Below are positions 20,458 through 30,866 of a stretch of DNA of 64,000 nt, piece after piece (position 1 is the stretch's first letter; every line of letters begins with the position of its first letter). Made by a program: the position numbers and the translations under genes. Below the pieces are notes generated by a model, which saw only the letters and a program-made list of their open reading frames with translations, was not told where the DNA came from and made no database searches. This stretch comes from a virus: IMG/VR virus record IMGVR_UViG_3300036768_000279, positions 64,001 through 128,000 of that record. One strand, written 5' to 3'.

Positions 20458-21521
20458 TTCGTAAGGGATATTCATTTGACGACGTGTTGTTGGTGCCTCG
20501 GTATAACGACATTCCTAGCCGAAAGGACGTAGACACGTCCATCAAGTTTGGTGAACTGCATCTTAGTATTCCAGTCCTTTCGGCGAATATGGATACCATT
20601 ACAGGATCCAACATGGCTCGCGAGATTGCCAATCTTGGTGGTCTTGGCGTTCTTCATAGATTCTGTTCGATTGAAGACAACATCAAGATGTATTGTGAGT
20701 CTATTGATAGACACTACACCGACCCAGTTGCACAATATGGCATTGTGCCCCAATCGTATGAACGTCATACCGTCGTATCGCTTGGAGTGAATGAAGGTCT
20801 TGAACGTTGCGAAGCACTGTATCAAGTTGGTGCTCGCTACTTCTGTGTAGATGTGGCACACGGTCACACAAAAGCTATTGGCAAGTTTGTTAAGCTACTC
20901 AAGAAGCAATACAGCGACATCTTTGTTATCGGCGGCAACGTTGCGACGCATGCCGCCGCTGATTATCTGGCGTCGTGTGGTGCTGATGCAATCAAAGTAG
21001 GTATCGGTCCTGGTAGCGTGTGTACCACACGCATTAAAACTGGTTGCGGCGTGCCGCAACTCACAGCTATCATGGATTGTGCTAAAGTTGACCGCATCAT
21101 CATTGCTGATGGCGGCATCAAGACGCCGGGTGATGCCGTCAAGGCGTTGGCTGCTGGTGCTCACGTTATTATGCTTGGTGGTATGTTAGCTGGATGTGAC
21201 GAAACCCCCGGTGAAGTACAAGATGACCACTATCCCTTTGCGGGCAAGCACAAGCTATTTCGAGGAATGGCCTCGAAAGAGGCTCAAGAAGACTTCATGG
21301 GTTCTATGGCAGGCTGGAAAGCCGCCGAAGGTGTACAGATCAAAGTACGAGCCAAGGGGCCAGTAAAGAACGTGATTGCGGATTTGATGGGCGGCATTCG
21401 ATCAGGCATGACGTATTGTGGTTCACGCAACATTGAAGCCTTGCATCGCAATGCCGAATTCATTGAAGTCACGTCAAATTGTGTGAAGGAAAATACGCCG
21501 CACGGCGAAGGAAGACTATGA
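20454..21521 (+). CDS. IMP dehydrogenase / GMP reductase family protein (no CBS domain)
   Basis: [50 protein letters not shown]. Confidence 0.9.
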   Translation: MIRKGYSFDDVLLVPRYNDIPSRKDVDTSIKFGELHLSIPVLSANMDTITGSNMAREIANLGGLGVLHRFCSIEDNIKMYCESIDRHYTDPVAQYGIVPQSYERHTVVSLGVNEGLERCEALYQVGARYFCVDVAHGHTKAIGKFVKLLKKQYSDIFVIGGNVATHAAADYLASCGADAIKVGIGPGSVCTTRIKTGCGVPQLTAIMDCAKVDRIIIADGGIKTPGDAVKALAAGAHVIMLGGMLAGCDETPGEVQDDHYPFAGKHKLFRGMASKEAQEDFMGSMAGWKAAEGVQIKVRAKGPVKNVIADLMGGIRSGMTYCGSRNIEALHRNAEFIEVTSNCVKENTPHGEGRL

Positions 21522-21658
21522 ACAACATTGTTGATAAATCGGCTCTAGATTTCTATAAAGACAAAAGTCGTCCTGATGGCATTTCGTCTCGTTGCAAAAT
21601 TTGTGACAAACAAAAGCAGGAACAATTACAGAGACTAGGCAGATTGTTACAGCCATGA
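21518..21658 (+). pseudogene. 46-codon remnant of an HNH/EndoVII-type endonuclease
   Basis: DFYKDKSRPDGISSRCKIC motif; ATGA overlaps at both ends; catalytic domain absent. Confidence 0.65.
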
Positions 21659-22557
21659 AAATTCTTGTTTCGTACCGAGCGATTCCTCAGTCGCCCGGTT
21701 GGGCGACGGGTGATTGTGTAGTGCGTGCCTTTCAGGCATTGGGGCACGATGTCACTCCGTACGGTAATTACTATCAGACGCAGAAACGTCTGGAGGATTG
21801 TAACGTACTCGCAGATGACTGGGATCTATTCTTATTTCTTGAATGTGGCGACGGCGATCCAGTCTACACAGAGCTAGCCAACATACGAGCACGTAAACGT
21901 GCGAGTTGGTTCTTTGACGCAGCCCTGTATCCTCAGCACTGGCTAGCCATCCTTCGCCTATTTGAGTTTGATGTCAACTTCATTGCCAATAGCACAATGC
22001 TATATGACAATCTCAATACAGAGTACCTGCCATATGCAGCAGATCCAGCACTACACTATAGATCCTATAAAGAAAAAACACGCGATTTTCTACTCATCGG
22101 ATCTGATAGGCCAGAAAGACGCAGACTTTACGATCTCATGAAAAGAGCTTGTCCAGATGCTAGAATAGATTTTATTCATGGTGTCTTTCGTGAAGCATAC
22201 ATTGATGCGTTAGCCTCTAGTCATTATGTGATAAATGATGTTGCTGGCGGTGGGGCGGGTCTTTTACCAATGAGATGTACGGAAACCATGGCGGCAGGTA
22301 GTGTATTACTGAGTGTGCAAGACCCGGCACTGCCGACCATTGGTACTAACTTAGAGCACTATATTAATTTTCGAGACGAGAATCATCTTTTTGGCACAGA
22401 GGTTAATGGCACTAATCACTTTCATCATATGTTTGCTTGTGGAGAAAGCTTCTCTAAGCGAATTGCATTGACTGGACAACAACATTGTCTAGAACATCAT
22501 ACATATCGTAATAGATGTCAAGCCATTCTTCAAAGACTTTTTCCATATGAGACGTAG
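21655..22557 (+). CDS. CgeB-like (GT-B) glycosyltransferase
   Basis: YLPYAADP, RCTETMAAGS, GQQHCLEHHTYRNR. Confidence 0.75.
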   Translation: MKILVSYRAIPQSPGWATGDCVVRAFQALGHDVTPYGNYYQTQKRLEDCNVLADDWDLFLFLECGDGDPVYTELANIRARKRASWFFDAALYPQHWLAILRLFEFDVNFIANSTMLYDNLNTEYLPYAADPALHYRSYKEKTRDFLLIGSDRPERRRLYDLMKRACPDARIDFIHGVFREAYIDALASSHYVINDVAGGGAGLLPMRCTETMAAGSVLLSVQDPALPTIGTNLEHYINFRDENHLFGTEVNGTNHFHHMFACGESFSKRIALTGQQHCLEHHTYRNRCQAILQRLFPYET

Positions 22558-23185
22558 GCAATACTCAGTCAATGACGATTTCTTTTCTAGTCCAACCCCA
22601 TTGAACTCTTATTGGGCTGGCTTTATTGCGGCGGACGGTTGCGTGCATGAAGACAAGTATTCCAAGTGGCTTGAAATTAGTATTGATTATAAGGACATAG
22701 ATCATGTCGCTCGGTTTTGTGAGGATGTTGAGTACAATGGACCTATTGCTAGATACGATCATATAGTGCGTGTTGTTATTTATAGTAAACAAATAGTTAA
22801 TGATCTTGAACGACACTTCAATATCACTCAACGCAAATCTTTGACATTACGGCGTCCTCATTTGTCAGATATCAATTCTCTTGCGTATATCATAGGATAT
22901 ATTGATGGCGATGGTTGTATTTACATTAAAGACAATAAATATTTAGGTTTGAATGTTGTTGGTACAACAGATGTGCTTGAGTTTATGATTGAGAGATTTA
23001 AGACAATGACAACGTGGCCCACGCATTGTAGACAGTCGTCTATCCGGCCAGCTACTAATTGTAAAACTAACATCACTAAGCAATATGCTATAGTCGGTGA
23101 TCATTGCAAGACAATACTGTCTAAACTCAATGCTATGGACGTACCAAAAATGAGTCGTAAGTGGCGTCATGTTTCTTCCAAATAG
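22547..23185 (+). mobile_element. free-standing double-motif LAGLIDADG homing endonuclease (intact)
   Basis: YWAGFIAADG and YIIGYIDGDG motifs; visibly more AT-rich than its neighbours. Confidence 0.9.
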
Positions 23186-23276
23186 CGATGGACAAAACGT
23201 GGTTTTGCGTGATCATACTTATGGCCGTCGTTGTGCTACCATTCTAGAAAAGCTGTTTCCACATGAAAGAGTCTGA
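23169..23276 (+). pseudogene. displaced duplicate 3' end of the CgeB-like GT gene
   Basis: translates as GQNVVLRDHTYGRRCATILEKLFPHE, matching GQQHCLEHHTYRNRCQAILQRLFPYE at the end of 21655-22557. Confidence 0.85.
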
Positions 23277-23937
23277 TACAATCAGTGTTTTGATCTGCTG
23301 TCACAGCGTCGATCATGAGCATGATGTGCTTCTGCAAGAAGCTCTTGAGTCTTTGACTCGACAGACATATCCGAATTTTGAGACCATTCTAGTCCTTGAT
23401 CAATGCCACGAAGACACGAAATGGACCGCTGAGCCATACAAAGACATTCTGAATCTCAAGATTCACGAACGTCCTCACAAGCAAGGATTGGCAATTGCCA
23501 AGAACTTTGGACTAGCCCATTGCACTGGGCAATGGGTTGCTTATCTAGACGCTGACGATCAGTGGATGGATTGCAAGCTTGAATGGCAACGCAACTTCTT
23601 GCTAGAAAATCCAGGCGTTGATTTCTGTTTCACAGAAGTATGGGATAGTACCGGTGGCGTACTCACCCCCAACTGCTTCAAGGTGGGACAATACGAAACC
23701 CATTCGGCAATTGCTGCTGCTATGCCGCGTGAAAATGTAGTATGCCATGGATCAGCATTGATTCGCAAGCTGGCCATCGATTCACTTGGTGGATATCGAA
23801 CAGACCGTTCTCTTCTGGGACGTGAAGACTGGGATTTGTGGAAGCGTGCTATTACTAGTGGATTCACGTTTTACAAGATTCCAGAACGTCTATACATCTA
23901 TTCGATGGGGACAAGCGTAACACGCGGCGAAGTATGA
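23263..23937 (+). CDS. GT2 glycosyltransferase
   Basis: ISVLI, QTYPNFE, GLAIAKNFG, YLDADD, EDWDLW. Confidence 0.9.
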   Translation: MKESDTISVLICCHSVDHEHDVLLQEALESLTRQTYPNFETILVLDQCHEDTKWTAEPYKDILNLKIHERPHKQGLAIAKNFGLAHCTGQWVAYLDADDQWMDCKLEWQRNFLLENPGVDFCFTEVWDSTGGVLTPNCFKVGQYETHSAIAAAMPRENVVCHGSALIRKLAIDSLGGYRTDRSLLGREDWDLWKRAITSGFTFYKIPERLYIYSMGTSVTRGEV

Positions 23938-24905
23938 AAGTTCTGTATGTTGGTTTGAAATACAATTACGGGAAGCATAACGAGGGCTTCTCGTATGAAC
24001 ACATGAATATCGAGTCCGGTATTCGTAACTGCGTTGCCCGTGACATGTTTGATGCTGAATACTGGTATCCAGATTCGTATGAATATCAGCCTTCCGCAGA
24101 AGAAGTGTTCACTGAAAACAAGTTCGACGCCATCTTCCACGTTGCTTTTAATGAATCTCTAGATCTTCCTGAGGGTGTAGCAAAGCTAGCACTCAAGCAG
24201 GATATTCCAGTTATTCAATGGGACTGTGACGCAAGTTGGCGATTCAGTAACTGGATCTTGCCACGCAAGAATCGTGTCAGTCATTTCGTGACCACTCACT
24301 CAGCGACGTTGCCGTTATATGAGCGACACGGCATGAAAGTGATTAAATCACAATGGGCTGGCTCTCCCAAGTATCAGCCCAATCGCAAGCTATACAAGTA
24401 TGATGCGACATTCGTTGGCCAGAAGCATGGACAGATGCCGAATGGCAAATTCTGGCGTAGCGAAATTATCGATCAGATGATGGCCGCAGGTATCAAGATT
24501 GACCTATTCGGCAATTACTGGGATGGCTATACAAACTGGCATGGTTATCTAACCGACTTCAATGAAGTGATCGACGTGTTCAATGCGTCTCGTGTCAATT
24601 TGAATCTATCTAATCCATGGCATCATGGCACTATGCCACAAATCAAGGGAAGACATTTCGAGATTCCGCAGTGTCAGGGCTTTCAAATCAGTACACCAGC
24701 AGATGATCTAGAGTCGTATTTTGTTCCAGGCAAAGAAATCATCATTGTCAATACCGTGACAGAGTTGATTGAAAAGACGCGGTACTATCTCAATAATTCT
24801 ACTGAACGCGAAACGATTGCGTTCGCTGCTCGTGAACGTATGTTGAACGAGCATCAGTGGCATCATCGCTTCCAGAAGATATTCAAGGAAGTTGGTGTGC
24901 TATGA
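23934..24905 (+). CDS. CgeB-like glycosyltransferase
   Basis: YDATFVG, SRVNLN, KGRHFEIP, EHQWHHR. Confidence 0.8.
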   Translation: MKVLYVGLKYNYGKHNEGFSYEHMNIESGIRNCVARDMFDAEYWYPDSYEYQPSAEEVFTENKFDAIFHVAFNESLDLPEGVAKLALKQDIPVIQWDCDASWRFSNWILPRKNRVSHFVTTHSATLPLYERHGMKVIKSQWAGSPKYQPNRKLYKYDATFVGQKHGQMPNGKFWRSEIIDQMMAAGIKIDLFGNYWDGYTNWHGYLTDFNEVIDVFNASRVNLNLSNPWHHGTMPQIKGRHFEIPQCQGFQISTPADDLESYFVPGKEIIIVNTVTELIEKTRYYLNNSTERETIAFAARERMLNEHQWHHRFQKIFKEVGVL

Positions 24906-25438
24906 TCAAGCTCAATCTAGCGTCTCACGGCGATAACCGCGAAGGGTTTATTAATATTGATTTCGATCATCCTACAGCAGATCTCAAGGCGGACGTAACC
25001 GACCTTCCGTTTCAAGACGACTCTGTTGATGTGATTCTTGCATATCATATTTTGGAACACTTTCGTGCTGGTGAATACGAGCCACATCTTGCAAATCCAT
25101 TAAATCCAAAAACAGCAATGGCGGCTCTTGGAGAGTGGCGTCGCGTTTTGAAGCCGGGCGGCAAGCTAGAAATCAAGGTGCCTGATTTTGAAAAGATTGT
25201 TTGGCTATACTATAACTATCCGCAATGGGCCAGATCAGAGTCGAGCGTTAATGCACCGTTTGCAAGCTATAGTGACTGGATTATTTCGAATGGACAGCAT
25301 CAATGTCTGTTTGACAAACGGACAATGACAAAGCTACTGACGGTCTGCGGTTTTACGAACATCACGTTCCTAGACGGGCAGCCAGTCGCGTCGATCAATC
25401 GAGCCAATCTTGAAATGTACGTGGTGTGCAGCAAATGA
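24902..25438 (+). CDS. class I SAM-dependent methyltransferase
   Basis: LNLAS, LPFQDDSVD, HILEH, RVLKPGG.LEIKVPD; start placed at 24902. Confidence 0.85.
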   Translation: MIKLNLASHGDNREGFINIDFDHPTADLKADVTDLPFQDDSVDVILAYHILEHFRAGEYEPHLANPLNPKTAMAALGEWRRVLKPGGKLEIKVPDFEKIVWLYYNYPQWARSESSVNAPFASYSDWIISNGQHQCLFDKRTMTKLLTVCGFTNITFLDGQPVASINRANLEMYVVCSK

Positions 25439-26070
25439 ATTACATGACACGTAAAGACAATCACGACTTCATGGACCCCGAGCATATCGCGAGGTTCCTG
25501 CGTAACCATCGTACCGGCACAGATAATCTTGGTCGGCATCGTCTCGCCGAAATGATTCGCGAACACGACAATCCCACCGTACTTGATGTTGCGTGTGGTA
25601 CATGCGTCAACTGGGAAGTATTGAAGGGGTTGCACGTTCAATGTCGCTATTTTGGGCTAGATCGCACACAGAAAATGCTAGATCACGCCAGAAAACTGTA
25701 CCCTGGCGAAATTGAATTAAAACAGGGCTATATCCAAAGTATTCCATTTCAAGATAATTCTTTTGATGTTGTCGTTGCTCGTCACATCCTTGAGCATTTA
25801 GGCGAGGGGTATGAAGCGGCGATCAAAGAAGTCTATCGAGTTGCCTCCAAGGAAGCGATCATTGTTCTATTTGTTGATCTGGCTGACATGCCTGCGGACG
25901 TAATCAAGGAGTCTGAGCCAGATGAGAATGGATGTACGTATTTCTGGAATACCTACGCTCACGACAAATTCATGGCATTCCTTGGAACATTGGGGTGTCG
26001 CGTAAGCGTTGAGTACGTGCCCACGCCCGGTGCCGCTGCAAATGACACAATTATTCGATTGATCAAATAA
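25426..26070 (+). CDS. class I SAM-dependent methyltransferase
   Basis: VLDVACGT, IPFQDNSFDVV, HILEHL. Confidence 0.85.
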   Translation: MQQMNYMTRKDNHDFMDPEHIARFLRNHRTGTDNLGRHRLAEMIREHDNPTVLDVACGTCVNWEVLKGLHVQCRYFGLDRTQKMLDHARKLYPGEIELKQGYIQSIPFQDNSFDVVVARHILEHLGEGYEAAIKEVYRVASKEAIIVLFVDLADMPADVIKESEPDENGCTYFWNTYAHDKFMAFLGTLGCRVSVEYVPTPGAAANDTIIRLIK

Positions 26071-26315
26071 TGCCTAAGTTGCTAGATCTACATGGCAAAC
26101 GTTTTGGTCGCTTGATGGCTACCAACCACATCAGCAGTCACTTAGCTGGGCCCAAAAGACTCTGTTATTGTGGATGTATTCGCAGGAAACCAAGGGGATA
26201 TGCGGCTAGAAATGTTGTACTCAAGAGATACAAGAAGCATGCTAAGGGCACAATGAAGTTCACGGACTTTCGTTCTTGGGCAATGCGTATAGCTAAAGTG
26301 GTGGATACATGGTAG
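26070..26315 (+). pseudogene. collapsed HNH-type homing endonuclease
   Basis: LDLHGKRFGRL, CYCGC, YKKHAKG, F..W..RI are colinear with 54496-54916 but with large gaps. Confidence 0.7.
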
Positions 26316-27154
26316 ACGTTACTTTTGGTATTCTTAACTACAACCCTGATGCAGATGGTCCAGCAACGGCGGCTTTTATTGCTGCTGTTGAATCTCTTGC
26401 TGCCAATCGTAGCAAGAATCTGACGAGCGAAGTATATCTGATTGATCAGGCTAGTCAGCCTGAGTTGACGGCGAATCTTGCCGCTAAGTTTGGGTTCCAG
26501 GCCGTGTTATTGCGGAGCAACGTGGGGATAAGTCGTGGTATCAACCTGCTCGCCAATATGGCTCGCGGGAAGTTTGTGTCGCTCGTAACCTCCGACGTGA
26601 CATTCACGCCTGGATTGGACGACACGTTGGTCTCGGCTCTTCGAGCCGATCCAACAATCTATCAGATCTGTCCAGTATCGGATAACTCGTCGCTAGATCA
26701 CCAACGTGCTCCGCATGCTCGCGAAGATGGCATCCTGTTGCAGAACATTGTGCAAGAGTTGACGATTCAGTTTTGGCCACGTACCGTCTTTGAAAAGATC
26801 GGATACTTCGACGAACGCTGGAAGGCGTGTTACGAGAACATGGACTTCGCACTCAGAGCGTTTATTGAGGGTGGCTCAGTTGTAGTTCACCAGGGTGCAT
26901 GGTGTCATCATGAACACAACGGCACCACAAAGAGTGGTGCAATTCACAAGGCTTACGACGGCTATCTGCCCATGCCAAATGGACTTACGCACGACCTGTT
27001 GGGACAGATGTGGCGTAACAAGTGGCCCAATCTTGAGAGATACATGAATCATTATGAGACGTTTACTAAAGACATGGGTCCGACGCGGGCGGCAATGTTT
27101 CATGCGTATAGCAAGAACGTGTATCTACCGTATGTACAAGAGGTCACTTACTAA
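26309..27154 (+). CDS. GT2 glycosyltransferase
   Basis: NVGISRGIN, VTSD, KIGYFDERW..YENMDFALR. Confidence 0.85.
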   Translation: MVDVTFGILNYNPDADGPATAAFIAAVESLAANRSKNLTSEVYLIDQASQPELTANLAAKFGFQAVLLRSNVGISRGINLLANMARGKFVSLVTSDVTFTPGLDDTLVSALRADPTIYQICPVSDNSSLDHQRAPHAREDGILLQNIVQELTIQFWPRTVFEKIGYFDERWKACYENMDFALRAFIEGGSVVVHQGAWCHHEHNGTTKSGAIHKAYDGYLPMPNGLTHDLLGQMWRNKWPNLERYMNHYETFTKDMGPTRAAMFHAYSKNVYLPYVQEVTY

Positions 27155-27155
27155 C

Positions 27156-27746
27156 ATGAAACGTTATGACATTATTCGATACCTGATTGAAAAGCGTGGA
27201 TACAAGTCCTATCTTGAGATCGGGGTGCTTGGAAACGAAACGTACAATAGCCTGCCGCCTTTGGATGTGAAACACAGCGTAGACCCTAATGGTCAAGCGG
27301 TTTTCAACATGACATCGGATGAGTTCTTTGCTAACCATTGCAAGCAGAGTTACGACATAATCTTCATTGATGGTCTACACCTTGCAGAACAAGTTCAAAG
27401 AGATATCGAAAACTCATTGACACACCTAAACGACGGTGGCATAATAGTTGTGCATGACTGTTTGCCCTCTGCGGAGTACGAGCAGTTACGAGAAGGCATT
27501 AGTGGCAAACCATGGACAGGCGACGTATGGAAGGCGTTTGCGGCCATGCGAGCTGATCGTCGTGATTTGATTATGCGTGTTGTAGATACGGACTATGGAT
27601 GTGGACTGATTGAGCGTGGCGTTGACCCCTGTATGCTTGTTGAGCTTCGTCCAATCGACGGCTACACTTGGGATTTCTTTTGCAAGCATCGTAACAAGAT
27701 TATGGGTGTAATCACCGTGGAGCAATTCCTTGGACATTGGCAATAG
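27156..27746 (+). CDS. SAM-dependent methyltransferase (Methyltransf_24-like)
   Basis: YLEIGV, YDIIFIDGLH, GGIIVVHD, WTGDVWKA; start placed at 27156. Confidence 0.85.
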   Translation: MKRYDIIRYLIEKRGYKSYLEIGVLGNETYNSLPPLDVKHSVDPNGQAVFNMTSDEFFANHCKQSYDIIFIDGLHLAEQVQRDIENSLTHLNDGGIIVVHDCLPSAEYEQLREGISGKPWTGDVWKAFAAMRADRRDLIMRVVDTDYGCGLIERGVDPCMLVELRPIDGYTWDFFCKHRNKIMGVITVEQFLGHWQ

Positions 27747-28245
27747 ACACTGGATTGAAGCTGAGGCCGCAGTACGCATGCCCTTTACCAAGGATATGCG
27801 AGTGCTTGAAATTGGTAGCTGGATCGCTCCTGGTCAAGAAGATATTATTTGCCGAAAGACAATAGCACCACAAGTACTAGAGTATATTGGCCTTGATATG
27901 CAAACGGGACCGGGCGTTGACGTGGTTGCAGATGCCAAAGCCATTCCGTTCCCCGATAATCACTTTGATGTGATCATCAGTACAGACTGCTACGAACACG
28001 TTGATTGGCCTCGTGAAGTAACTCATGAGGCTTTTCGTGTTTTGAAGCCGGGTGGCATCTTCTATCTCACATCAGTCTTTGACTTTGAGATCCACGGTTA
28101 TCCAGATGACTTCTGGCGTTTTACGCCGAACTGCATCAAGCTACTACTCGAAGACGCTGGCTTTGAAATGGTAAGCAATGGCGGCGTTGGTGGTCCTCAC
28201 AATAAACGTCCTTGCATCGTGCGAGGGATCGGACGTAAGCCATGA
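27730..28245 (+). CDS. class I SAM-dependent methyltransferase
   Basis: VLEIGS, GPGVDVVAD, EHV, RVLKPGG, HGYPDDFWRFT. Confidence 0.85.
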   Translation: MDIGNRHWIEAEAAVRMPFTKDMRVLEIGSWIAPGQEDIICRKTIAPQVLEYIGLDMQTGPGVDVVADAKAIPFPDNHFDVIISTDCYEHVDWPREVTHEAFRVLKPGGIFYLTSVFDFEIHGYPDDFWRFTPNCIKLLLEDAGFEMVSNGGVGGPHNKRPCIVRGIGRKP

Positions 28246-29159
28246 AAGTCTTAGTTACTGGCGGCAATGGATTCGTTGGCAAGCATGTCGTTTCGGTACT
28301 GCGTGCCGAAGGTCATGAGGTCATAGCACCTACAAGTGCTGAGATGAACCTATTCTCTCAATTCCAGTACGAATCGCCAGACACTGGCTTACTGTATTGG
28401 TTTTCCAATTGCGATGCCGTTATTCATCTTGCTGCCATTTGTGGTGGAATCGGCATCAACAAAGACAACCCCGGCAAGTTCATGTATGAGAACTTGCAGA
28501 TGGGATTGAATGTTATCGAGGCGTGTCGCCTTGCCGGGGTTAAGAAGCTTGTCAACCTCAGCACCGTCTGTTCATACCCCAAGCACACACCAGTGCCATT
28601 TCGAGAGAGTGATATCTGGAATGGCTACCCAGAAGAGACCAATGCTCCATATGGTATCGCCAAGAAAGCTATCGTAGAGCTTGGTATTGCATATCACAAG
28701 CAATATGGTCTCAACGTAACGAACCTTGTGCCAGTCAATATGGCTGGTGAGCACGATCACTTCGACTTGTATTCGTCACACGTACTACCAGCCATGATCC
28801 GCAAGTTCGAAGAGGCTCAAGACGTTGTGGTACTATGGGGAACTGGCTCTGCCTCTCGCGAGTTCCTATATGTTGGCGACTGTGCGAGAGCTATCGCCAT
28901 CGCTATCGAGAAAGACACTGATCCGCAGCCTATCAACCTTGGAACTGGACAAGAGATCACTATCAAGGAATTGGCGGAGACTGTCAAGAGAATTGGTGGC
29001 TATACCGCTACCATTGTTTGGGATAGCACAAAGCCCGATGGACAGCCGCGTAGATGTCTAGATGTTTCGCGTGCCAAGAGTGTTCTAAATTGGGAGGCCA
29101 CAACATCAATCCAAGATACTGTCGCCAAGACAATCAAGTGGTATCGCGATGCAAAGTAA
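28242..29159 (+). CDS. fcl: GDP-L-fucose synthase (epimerase/reductase)
   Basis: TGGNGFVG, STVCSYP, YGIAK, SSHVLPA, WGTGSASREF, KPDGQPRR. Confidence 0.92.
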   Translation: MKVLVTGGNGFVGKHVVSVLRAEGHEVIAPTSAEMNLFSQFQYESPDTGLLYWFSNCDAVIHLAAICGGIGINKDNPGKFMYENLQMGLNVIEACRLAGVKKLVNLSTVCSYPKHTPVPFRESDIWNGYPEETNAPYGIAKKAIVELGIAYHKQYGLNVTNLVPVNMAGEHDHFDLYSSHVLPAMIRKFEEAQDVVVLWGTGSASREFLYVGDCARAIAIAIEKDTDPQPINLGTGQEITIKELAETVKRIGGYTATIVWDSTKPDGQPRRCLDVSRAKSVLNWEATTSIQDTVAKTIKWYRDAK

Positions 29160-30171
29160 AACTGCAATCATCACTGGCGTGACCGGCCAAGATGGCTTCT
29201 ATCTCGCCCACTACTTGCTCCAGTTGGGTTATCGCGTCGTTGGCATTCGTCGTCGTACGTCTATGCCAACAGACGGACGCCTCCGCACGCTACGTGGAAG
29301 TCCCAATTTCGTTGTAGTTGACGGAGACATTTCTGACATTTCAAGCATTCAAGATGCCGTTCGAAAGTTTCAACCCGACGAGTTCTATCACTTGGCTGCT
29401 CAATCGCATGTTGCTATGTCTTGGAAGTATCCAATTACCACATGTGAACTGACGGGACTTGGTGTTCTGAACTGCCTTGAGGCCATTCGTCAAGAGAAGC
29501 TAGATTGTCGCTTCTATTTTGCCGGTTCAAGCGAACAGTTTGGGAATCCAATCCACAACGGCAAGACAGCGAGCTTGAATGAAGATACGCCGATGGAGCC
29601 CGAATCGCCTTACGCTGCCGCTAAGGTATTCGGGTTCAATATTACACAGGTCTATCGTCGCTCATTTGGTATGTACACCGCTTGCGGCATCTTGTTCAAT
29701 CATGAGTCTCCACTGCGTGGCGAGGAGTTCGTAACCCGCAAAATCACGAGCAATCTAGCCCGCGTGAAGTGGGGACTGCAAGAGCATGTTGAATTAGGCA
29801 ATATGGACGCTTGCCGCGACTGGGGATTCGCTGGTGATTATGTGCGTGCTATGCACGCCATGCTACAGCTTGATGAGCCAGATGACTTTGTAATCGCAAC
29901 AGGCAATACGTATTCCGTACGTACATTCTTTGATGCCTGCTGCAATTTTTTCGATCTGGAACCGGAGAAGGTCTACAAGATCAATCCTGCTTTTAAACGC
30001 CCCAAGGATGTTGAGGTTTTGTTGGGCGACAGCACCAAGGCTAGAAAGAAGCTCAACTGGTATCCGCAGTGTGACTTCAATCAGCTAGTACACAAGATGT
30101 GTCGGTATGACTTCCACTTGCAATCTCCCGACCCCGCGTTTGTCCGCAAGGCAGACGAATTCCTTTTCTAG
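29149..30171 (+). CDS. gmd: GDP-mannose 4,6-dehydratase
   Basis: ITGVTGQDG, LAAQSHV, SPYAAAK, GILFNHESPLRG..FVTRKI, RDWG. Confidence 0.96.
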   Translation: MQSKTAIITGVTGQDGFYLAHYLLQLGYRVVGIRRRTSMPTDGRLRTLRGSPNFVVVDGDISDISSIQDAVRKFQPDEFYHLAAQSHVAMSWKYPITTCELTGLGVLNCLEAIRQEKLDCRFYFAGSSEQFGNPIHNGKTASLNEDTPMEPESPYAAAKVFGFNITQVYRRSFGMYTACGILFNHESPLRGEEFVTRKITSNLARVKWGLQEHVELGNMDACRDWGFAGDYVRAMHAMLQLDEPDDFVIATGNTYSVRTFFDACCNFFDLEPEKVYKINPAFKRPKDVEVLLGDSTKARKKLNWYPQCDFNQLVHKMCRYDFHLQSPDPAFVRKADEFLF

Positions 30172-30179
30172 GAGTTATC

Positions 30180-30866
30180 ATGAATAAAAATGAAGATAAG
30201 CACGAGATCACTGAACGTGAGAAGCGTGCATGGAAAGATGGGGCCAAGCCTCGTAGACGTGAACGTCCCAAGCTTACAATGCCGCAGAGAATTGAGTTCT
30301 TGAAGCTAATTGCACAGCTTGCAAGCAACTCAACGTTCGAACGGAAGCTTGGATTGGACCCAGCAGACATTGAATACTACAAGAAGCAATTCGATGTTGA
30401 GAATCAAGACGATGCACGTCGTTTGTACAAGCGTCTTGAGATTGCTATGGTCGAGGGACGCGAAGAAGTCATCATCAACGAGACGAGCAAAGCTCGTGCT
30501 GCCGAAGAGACCGCTAATCTCAGGCTCAAAGAGCTTGAGTTGCGTCGCACTATTGAGAAGCGTGAAAAGGCCGTAGGCACACCTGACGGCAACAAGGTTC
30601 GTGCAGAAGATGCCGAACGTCAGCAACGTTTTCAAGCTGAGCAAGAAGCTAAAACAGCAGAGGCTCTAAGCAAGAGCGAACCCTGGTCTCTGCCTCTCGC
30701 AGGTTCTGAGTCTGATAGACGCGGCATCATTGACCGCTTCCGTAGAGATCTTGAGAATTGCGGTATGCAGTTCTGTATCAACAAGTATCACGCTTCGCCA
30801 ATGCAATTGAAGGCGGAAGCGAATAGACTCAAGCTTCGCGTGAATTGGGATCGCGTTAAGCGATAA
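30180..30866 (+). CDS. charged/coiled-coil hypothetical protein
   Basis: AGGAG RBS; coupled to the next gene. Confidence 0.6.
   Translation: MNKNEDKHEITEREKRAWKDGAKPRRRERPKLTMPQRIEFLKLIAQLASNSTFERKLGLDPADIEYYKKQFDVENQDDARRLYKRLEIAMVEGREEVIINETSKARAAEETANLRLKELELRRTIEKREKAVGTPDGNKVRAEDAERQQRFQAEQEAKTAEALSKSEPWSLPLAGSESDRRGIIDRFRRDLENCGMQFCINKYHASPMQLKAEANRLKLRVNWDRVKR

Noticed and set aside
11445-30171. Bacterial O-antigen/capsule locus, or a DNA hypermodification locus
   Set aside because: No wzx/wzy/ABC exporter or priming transferase, and the context is phage-like. No hydroxymethylase or TET/JBP gene is in the window. DNA modification is disfavoured but not excluded.
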